Positions 57,673-64,000 of a DNA stretch of 64,000 nucleotides are shown in pieces. The stretch's first letter is position 1. Each line of letters begins with the position of its first letter. The DNA comes from an uncultured Chloroflexia bacterium (GTDB lineage: Bacteria > Chloroflexota > Limnocylindria > Limnocylindrales > CSP1-4). The notes beneath the pieces were generated by a model that was not told where the DNA came from, searched no databases, and worked only from the letters and a program-made list of their open reading frames with translations. Position numbers and translations under genes: made by a program. The stretch spans positions 224,001-288,000 of the forward strand of contig CAVYBU010000007.1 of the NCBI GenBank assembly GCA_963766735.1, in the 5' to 3' direction.

Positions 57673-58811
57673 GCCGGACCGCCCTTGCCGGCGTCCGCTG
57701 GCCCGGGATCGGTGTCTGCCGGCCCGGGATCGGCGCCCGCGGCCCCATCCACGGTCGTCACCCCGATCGCCCCTCTTCGCGCGGCCGCCCGTCGCGCGGC
57801 CGCGGCAGCCTTCGTCCGGGCCGTGCGCTCGCGGGCCCGGGCGCCCTCGTCCAGCGTTCGACCCAGGGCACCATCGCCGTCGAGGTCAACCCAGCGCCGG
57901 CCCCGCCGCTCGCTCGCCGCGCGGCCCGGGCGCGGCGTCATGGTCGCAAGCAGCTTCGCGGCCGCGGGTCGCTCCCCCGCAGGAAGCCGCTGGCAGAACG
58001 AGCAGAAGTGCGTCGCCCGGATCCCGATCACGATCCGGCGGATCGGGCGGCCACAGCGCGGGCACGGGCGGCCCGTGCGCTGGTAGACATCGAGGTGCTC
58101 CTGCATCTCGCCGTCGCCGTCGGGTGCCGTGTAGTCGTCGATGGAGCTGCCGCGCCGCTCCACGGCCACGGTCAGGATGTCCAGCACGTTGCGGTAGAGG
58201 GCCCGCTCGTCGTGCGGACGGAGCGACGCCGCGGAGCGGAGCGGGTGCAGCTTCGATCGCCACAGCGCCTCATCGGCGTAGATATTGCCGACACCCGCGA
58301 TGAACCCCTGGTCCACGAGCAGCGGCTTCAGGCGTGCGCGGCGCCCGCGGATCCGGCCCCGGAATGCGCGCAAGGTGAACCGCGGGTCCAGCGGCTCCGG
58401 GCCGATGCCGTCGAAGGGCCGGTCGTCGGCTGCGTACAGGCCCACGCGCCCGAACTTGCGGATGTCGCGAAACCTGATCTCCCGGCCGTCGTCCAGGATG
58501 AGGGCGAGGCGCTCGTACGGGTCCGGGGGGAGGGCGGCCGGGACCACGAACAGCTGCCCGGTCATCTTCAGGTGGACGGTCAGGAACGTCCCCCCGTCCA
58601 GGTCGAGGATCAGCAGCTTGCCGCGGCGGCCAACCGCCTCGATCCGGCGGCCGGCAACACCTGCCACGAATGCCGGGACCTCGCCGTCCCGAAGCGTTCC
58701 GGGCCACGCCACGCGTGCGCCTGCCACCACCGGGCCGGGGCCGCCGCCCTCGGGCAGCAGGTGGCGCCGGAGGTCGCGCGCGACCGTCTCGACCTCGGGA
58801 AGCTCAGGCAT
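57669..58811 (-). CDS. mutM: Formamidopyrimidine-DNA glycosylase
   Basis: MPELPEVETV, HLKMTG, GVGNIYADE and zinc finger CPRC...CSFC. Confidence 0.96.
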   Translation of the reverse strand: MPELPEVETVARDLRRHLLPEGGGPGPVVAGARVAWPGTLRDGEVPAFVAGVAGRRIEAVGRRGKLLILDLDGGTFLTVHLKMTGQLFVVPAALPPDPYERLALILDDGREIRFRDIRKFGRVGLYAADDRPFDGIGPEPLDPRFTLRAFRGRIRGRRARLKPLLVDQGFIAGVGNIYADEALWRSKLHPLRSAASLRPHDERALYRNVLDILTVAVERRGSSIDDYTAPDGDGEMQEHLDVYQRTGRPCPRCGRPIRRIVIGIRATHFCSFCQRLPAGERPAAAKLLATMTPRPGRAASERRGRRWVDLDGDGALGRTLDEGARARERTARTKAAAAARRAAARRGAIGVTTVDGAAGADPGPADTDPGPADAGKGGPA

Positions 58812-58881
58812 CGGCGGAGACGATAGGACAGGTCGCAATGCGGCGCCCCGATCGCCGACGTCAGGCACGATGGGGGTGCCC

Positions 58882-60114
58882 ATGCGACACCCCGCCCCAC
58901 CGCCGCGCGCTCGTACCGCCCGCATCGCCGTCAGCGCCCTGTTCTTCGTGAACGGAGCCGGCTTTGCGAGCATCCTGCCACGCCTGCCGGCGATCAAGGA
59001 GTCCCTGCACCTGTCGAACGCCGAGCTCGGTCTCGCCGTCGCGGCGATGCCGGTCGGCGGGCTGCTGGCCGGCGGTCTCGTCGGGTTCTTCATCGCGCGC
59101 TTCGGGAGCGGCCGCACGGCGGCGGTCGCGGGAACGGCGACGGCGCTGCTGGTCGCCGCTGTCGGCCTGGCGCCCACATGGGCGCTGCTCGCGCTCGCCT
59201 ATCTCGTCTTCGGTGCCTTCGACGCGACGATGGATGCCTCGATGAACGCCCACGGCCTGGGCGTCCAGCGCCTCTACGGAAGATCGATCCTCCAGGGCTT
59301 CCACGGGCTCTGGAGCGCGGGCAGCATGATCGGCGGGGCGGTGGGGGCGGCCGCGGCGCTGGCCGGCGTTCCCGTCCAGGTCCAGGTCCTACTGGTCGCC
59401 CCGGCGCTGGCCGCCGTCGTGGTGGTCTCGTCCCGCGGCCTGCTGTCCCCGCGGATCGCGGATGTCCACGCGCCCGGCGACGCGGCCGAGGAACACATCC
59501 ATGTCCGCAACGCTCCCCGGCTGCTCCGGGTGCTCGGCCCGATCGCGATGCTGGGCATCCTGTGTGCGATCCTCCAGAGCACGGCAGCCACGTGGAGCGC
59601 CGTCTTCCTCACCGATGTGCTGCAGCTGTCCGCCGGCTTCGCCGCGACAGCCTTCGTCGTCTACATGGCGGCGATGACAATAGGCCGGCTGACCAACGAC
59701 CGATGGGTCGACCAGTTCGGCGGGGTCCAAGTGGTCCGCGCCGGCGCGCTGATCGGAGCAGGGGGGGTCGCCCTCGTGATCGCCTCGGGGGCGAGCGGGC
59801 TGGCGCTCGTGGCGTTCGTCGGGTTCGCCGCCGTCGGGATCGGGTCCTCGGGGATGTTCCCGATCATGATCGCGGCTGCAGGGTCGCGGCCCGGCATCCC
59901 TGCGGGGCACGGCGTGGCGCTCACGTCCTGGTTCGTCCGGATCGGGCTGATGGTGGCGCCCGCGGCGGTCGGCATCACCGCGGACGCGACGGGCCTGGGC
60001 ACGGCGTTCGTGATCCCCCTGGTCGCCGCGCTGGCCATCGCTGCCCTGGCCGTGCCGCTCACCGGCGGCAGGACGCGCCGGTCGGCCGTGCCGGCCCTGC
60101 CGCGAGCGGGCTGA
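58882..60114 (+). CDS. MFS transporter
   Basis: About 12 TM segments; DASMNAHG and ILQGFHGLWSAG. Confidence 0.88.
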   Translation: MRHPAPPPRARTARIAVSALFFVNGAGFASILPRLPAIKESLHLSNAELGLAVAAMPVGGLLAGGLVGFFIARFGSGRTAAVAGTATALLVAAVGLAPTWALLALAYLVFGAFDATMDASMNAHGLGVQRLYGRSILQGFHGLWSAGSMIGGAVGAAAALAGVPVQVQVLLVAPALAAVVVVSSRGLLSPRIADVHAPGDAAEEHIHVRNAPRLLRVLGPIAMLGILCAILQSTAATWSAVFLTDVLQLSAGFAATAFVVYMAAMTIGRLTNDRWVDQFGGVQVVRAGALIGAGGVALVIASGASGLALVAFVGFAAVGIGSSGMFPIMIAAAGSRPGIPAGHGVALTSWFVRIGLMVAPAAVGITADATGLGTAFVIPLVAALAIAALAVPLTGGRTRRSAVPALPRAG

Positions 60115-60147
60115 TCGCGGGTCGACGGCCCTCGCGGAGAGCCGCCG

Positions 60148-63100
60148 CTAGCCGCCGGGGCCGGCCGGTGCCTCGTCCGCCTCCGCGAGAACCGCGTCGC
60201 GCCGGGAGATCGGCATCATCCCGTCCCAGGAGTCGCCCGCCTTCGCTTCGACCGTGAGCGGTACCGACAACGGCAGCGCCCCCTCCATCGCCTCCCGCAG
60301 CACCGGGACCAGCCGGTCCACCTCGTCGCGGGGCGCCTCGAGCAGCAGCTCGTCGTGCACGGAGAGGAGCAGCCGGGCCGCGAACCCACCCCCGCGGAGC
60401 GCCCGGTCCATCCGGATCATCGCGATCTTGACGATGTCGGCGGCCGTCCCCTGGATCGGCATGTTGATCGCCATCCGCTCGCCCGCGGCCCGCAGGGCTC
60501 CGTTCGAGGAGCTGAGCTCCGGGATCCGGCGCCGTCGTCCCAGCAGGGTGGACACGTAGCCCAGGTCCTTGGCCGTCTCACGGATGTGGATCATGTAGCG
60601 GCTGATCCCGCCGTACGCGGCGAAGTAGCCGTTGATGAACTCCTGCGCGTCGGCCCGGCTGATCCCGGCCCGGGAGGACAGTCCGAAGTCGCTCATGCCG
60701 TACGCCAGGCCGAAGTTGACCATCTTGGCCATGGACCGCTCGTCGCCCGTGACGTCCTCCGGCGCCTTGTGGAGCACGAGCGCGGCCGTCTCGCGGTGGA
60801 TGTCGGCCTCGCGCGCGAAGGCGTCGGCCAGGTGCTCGTCACCGGACACGTGCGCGATGATCCGCAGCTCGATCTGGCTGTAGTCCGCGGAGACGAGCGT
60901 GGTCTCCGGGGATCCAGCGACGAACGCGTGCCGGATCCGGCGACCCAGCGGCGTGCGGATCGGGATGTTCTGGAGATTCGGATCCGAGGAGGAGAGCCTG
61001 CCCGTCGCGGCAACCGCCTGGTGGAACAGCGTGTGCAGCCGCCCGTCCGGGCCGATGAGGTTCGGCAGCGCCTCCACGTAGGTCGAGCGGAGCTTGGTGT
61101 AGATCCGCCAGTCCAGCACCGGCTGGATCACCGGGTGGACGCCGCGGAGCTCCTCCAGGACGGTCGCGTCCGTCGAGTAGCCGGTCTTGGTCTTGCGGCC
61201 CTTCGGCAGCCCAAGCTCCACGAACAGGATCTCGCCCAGCTGCTTGGGCGAGCCGATCGTGAACTCGTGCCCGATGGCGGCGTAGATCTCCCCCTCCAGC
61301 CGCTCGATCTCGGTGGCGAACTCGCGTTCCAGGGCCGAGAGCGCGTCCCGGTCCAGCGCGACCCCCGCCGCCTCCATCCGCGCCAGGATCGGCACCAGCG
61401 GCAACTCGATCTCGAGGAACAGGCGCTCGGCGCCCTCGTCAAGGAGGGCCTGCTCCAGCGAGGGGCGGACGGCGAGGACCGAGAGCGCCTCGAGACCGGC
61501 GATCGCGGTCGGGGCAAGGCCAGCGGCCGAGGGAGGCAGGACAAGGTCGAGCCGCTCCGCCACGACGTCCGCGATCTTCTGGGCCCTGAGCGCCGCATTG
61601 ACGAGGTAGGCCGCGATCTGGGTGTCGAACGCCACCGGCGTCGGGGCAGCGTCGGGCTCATCCGCGAACCGGGCGGTGAGCAGCGGCTTGACCTCGTGGC
61701 CGACGATCGGCGTGCCGAGGCGCTCCAGCAGGCGCCGCAGCGCGATCGAGGCGACCGCGCCATCCGCGGCGACGACCCGTCCGTCGGCGCCCGCGACCGC
61801 GATCGACAGGGGCGTACCGGCCAGCGGTCGGGGATCGTCCACCACGAGAGCGACGCCTACCGCCTCCTGCCCACGCAGCCAGGACTCCAGGGTGGCGACA
61901 CGCGCTTCATCCGCCAGCTCGATCCGGCCCGGATCCACGATCGCCGCTGCCAGCGCACCCGGGAGATCCCCTGACGCCACCGCGAGCGCCTCGGCCCGGG
62001 CCTCGACGGCGGCCGATGTCGCGGCGATCGGGGCCGCGGAGCCGCCGGCGCCAGCACCAGCGCCGGTGCCAGCGCCGCCCGACACCACGTCGAAATCCAT
62101 CGACAGCTGCAGCGACCCATCGGTCGGCTTGCTCGCGTCCTGTCCGCCCGCTCCGCCGGGTCCGCCGGCGCGGCCCTGGCCAACGCCGCCCGACCCTCGA
62201 CCTGCGCCCTGCGCCGCCGGGAACCCGGCATCCTTCAGGCCGCGCATCGCCAGGACGGCGTCCTCCGGCCGCTCCCCCGTGAGGGGCGGCAACCGGTCGA
62301 TCAGCGACCGGAACTCGAACTCGCGGAAGATCCGGACCACGGCCTCGCGGTCGTAGTCCCCCACCCGACCGCTGTCCCGGTCCAGGACGACATCAACGTC
62401 CCGGACCAGGCGCATGAGCTCGCGGCTCTCGAGCACCGTCTCGCGATGGTCGGCGAGGAGCGGCCGCAGCTTCTCCGGGGTCACCTCGTCCAGGTGCTCG
62501 TACAGCGCGTCGAGAGAGCCCCACGTTGCGATCAGCTTCGACGCGGTCTTCTCCCCCACTCCCGGGATGCCCGGGATGTTGTCGGTGGGGTCACCCTTGA
62601 GCGACTTGTAGTCAAGCATCTGCTCCGGCCGCAGGCCCCAGCGCTCCGCGATCTTCGCCAGGTCGTAGCTGACCGTGTTCGCGACCCCGCCGCGGAGCGA
62701 GACCATGAGCCGGGTGTGCTCGCCCACCAGCTGGAGCATGTCCAGGTCGCCGGTGAGGATCGTGACGTCCAGGTCCATCGCGGTCGCCTGTCCGGCCAGC
62801 GTGGCGATGACGTCGTCCGCCTCGAAGCCCTCGCGCTCGTACACCGGGAAGCCGAGGGCTGCCACCACGTCCCGCACCTTCGGGATCTGCTCGCGCATGT
62901 CGTCGGGCATCTTCGTCCGGGTGCCCTTGTACTCGGCGTATCGCTCGTGGCGGAAGGTCGGCTTGCCGAGATCGAAGGCGACGGCGATGTGGTCCGGCTT
63001 CGCGTCCTGGATCGCGCGCAGCACGATGTTCGTGAAGCCGAAGACGGCCGTCACCAGCTCGCCCCTCGACGTCGTCAGGGGCTGGTCGATCAGCGCGAAG

Positions 63101-63150
63101 TATCCGCGGTAGATGAGCCCGTTGCCGTCGAGCAGGAGGAGGCGTTCCAT
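60148..63150 (-). CDS. polA: DNA polymerase I
   Basis: Start at [11 protein letters not shown]; [33 protein letters not shown] and VHDEL. Confidence 0.97.
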   Translation of the reverse strand: MERLLLLDGNGLIYRGYFALIDQPLTTSRGELVTAVFGFTNIVLRAIQDAKPDHIAVAFDLGKPTFRHERYAEYKGTRTKMPDDMREQIPKVRDVVAALGFPVYEREGFEADDVIATLAGQATAMDLDVTILTGDLDMLQLVGEHTRLMVSLRGGVANTVSYDLAKIAERWGLRPEQMLDYKSLKGDPTDNIPGIPGVGEKTASKLIATWGSLDALYEHLDEVTPEKLRPLLADHRETVLESRELMRLVRDVDVVLDRDSGRVGDYDREAVVRIFREFEFRSLIDRLPPLTGERPEDAVLAMRGLKDAGFPAAQGAGRGSGGVGQGRAGGPGGAGGQDASKPTDGSLQLSMDFDVVSGGAGTGAGAGAGGSAAPIAATSAAVEARAEALAVASGDLPGALAAAIVDPGRIELADEARVATLESWLRGQEAVGVALVVDDPRPLAGTPLSIAVAGADGRVVAADGAVASIALRRLLERLGTPIVGHEVKPLLTARFADEPDAAPTPVAFDTQIAAYLVNAALRAQKIADVVAERLDLVLPPSAAGLAPTAIAGLEALSVLAVRPSLEQALLDEGAERLFLEIELPLVPILARMEAAGVALDRDALSALEREFATEIERLEGEIYAAIGHEFTIGSPKQLGEILFVELGLPKGRKTKTGYSTDATVLEELRGVHPVIQPVLDWRIYTKLRSTYVEALPNLIGPDGRLHTLFHQAVAATGRLSSSDPNLQNIPIRTPLGRRIRHAFVAGSPETTLVSADYSQIELRIIAHVSGDEHLADAFAREADIHRETAALVLHKAPEDVTGDERSMAKMVNFGLAYGMSDFGLSSRAGISRADAQEFINGYFAAYGGISRYMIHIRETAKDLGYVSTLLGRRRRIPELSSSNGALRAAGERMAINMPIQGTAADIVKIAMIRMDRALRGGGFAARLLLSVHDELLLEAPRDEVDRLVPVLREAMEGALPLSVPLTVEAKAGDSWDGMMPISRRDAVLAEADEAPAGPGG

Positions 63151-63234
63151 CGGCTCCGAGCGTGCGGAGTGGGACGCCCTGAAGTGTACCCGCGCCGTGG
63201 ATCGGGCCAGCGGCGGAGTCGTATGATCGGCGGC

Positions 63235-64000
63235 ATGGCATCCTCGAGACGCGTCGGCATCCTCACCGCGGGCGGCGACAGCCCCGGTCTCAACGCCGCC
63301 ATCCGTGCCTTCGGCAAGGCTGCGATCGGCACCTACGGCATGGAGGTCGTGGGGTTCCGTGACGGGTTCCGCGGCCTGGCGGAGAACCGCAAGGTCCGCC
63401 TGGAGAAGCGGGCGCTCGCGGGGATCCTGACCGTCGGCGGGACGATCCTCGGCACCAGCCGGGACAAGCCGCACCGGATGCTCGTGGACGGCGAGACCCG
63501 CGACATGACCGGCACGATCATCGAGGTCTGCCGGAAGGAGCGTCTCGAGGGCCTCGTCTGCCTCGGTGGGGGCGGAACCGCCAAGAGTGCCCTGCGCCTC
63601 GGCCGGGCCGGGCTCAACGTCCTGACCCTGCCCAAGACGATCGACAACGACGTCGCCGGCACGGATGCGACGTTCGGCTTCGCCACTGCGATCGAGATCG
63701 CGACTGAGGCCATCGACCGTCTCCACAGCACGGCGCACAGCCACCACCGGATCATCGTGGCCGAGGTCATGGGTCACCGGGCCGGCTGGCTGACGCTGGG
63801 AGCGGGCCTGGCCGGTGGCGCGGACGTGATCCTGATCCCGGAGATCCCATACAAGGTCTCGGCGATCGCGGCGGCCATCAAGGACCGGGTCCGCAAGGGA
63901 ACCAACTTCAGCATTGTCGCCGTGGCGGAGGGCGCCCGGAGCGTGGACGACGCACGCGCGCTGATCGCGGCGGAATCGCGGGCCGGCCGAGCCAAGGACC
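63235..64000 (+). CDS. pfkA: 6-phosphofructokinase, 5' part (runs off the window end)
   Basis: Not in the ORF track. Manual translation gives [40 protein letters not shown] and [10 protein letters not shown]. Confidence 0.94.
   Translation, partial: MASSRRVGILTAGGDSPGLNAAIRAFGKAAIGTYGMEVVGFRDGFRGLAENRKVRLEKRALAGILTVGGTILGTSRDKPHRMLVDGETRDMTGTIIEVCRKERLEGLVCLGGGGTAKSALRLGRAGLNVLTLPKTIDNDVAGTDATFGFATAIEIATEAIDRLHSTAHSHHRIIVAEVMGHRAGWLTLGAGLAGGADVILIPEIPYKVSAIAAAIKDRVRKGTNFSIVAVAEGARSVDDARALIAAESRAGRAKD

Noticed and set aside
63151-63777. N-terminal extension of PolA in the ORF track (similar extensions on ssb, lemA, tpiA, mutM, coaE and the MFS gene)
   Set aside because: The extensions overlap real genes or tRNAs, and the canonical N-termini begin at downstream starts.

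Overview
GC-rich bacterial chromosomal window, mostly core genome. Gene content, the GAAC-N4-GTTC SOS boxes and the Pro/Ser/Ala-rich linkers suggest a monoderm lineage such as Chloroflexota; this is inference only. In order it holds: the 5' part of ileS, an LCP gene, ilvE, rpsF-ssb-rpsR followed by tauE/DUF1634/Na-Ca antiporter genes, an orphan cpaE, a 2.6-kb accessory islet at tRNA-Leu(TAA), eight tRNAs, lemA-htpX, a long minus-strand run (secD-secF-recJ-TolB-like-pyrF-tatA-tatC-rapZ-yvcK-whiA-tpiA-gpmI-secG-SBP), uvrC, a tandem nucleotidase, a compact UvrD, uvrA, uvrB, a tadE-tadG-cpaB cluster, coaE/ABC-F/mutM, polA and the start of pfkA. I found no CRISPR array, integrase, transposase or rRNA. 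The most notable observations are: (1) IleRS carries a non-canonical GVHH signature linked to mupirocin hyper-resistance; (2) LexA boxes sit at uvrA and uvrB, the latter shared with a divergent Tad pilus cluster; (3) a GGGAC-N4-GDCCC-AT motif recurs upstream of three surface-protein genes; (4) partial copies of the tRNA-Leu 3' end bracket two cargo genes; (5) many genes look leaderless; (6) a small Cys-rich ORF lies inside the tRNA cluster. All assignments were made by eye from motifs, with no database searches. No clearly new system is proven.
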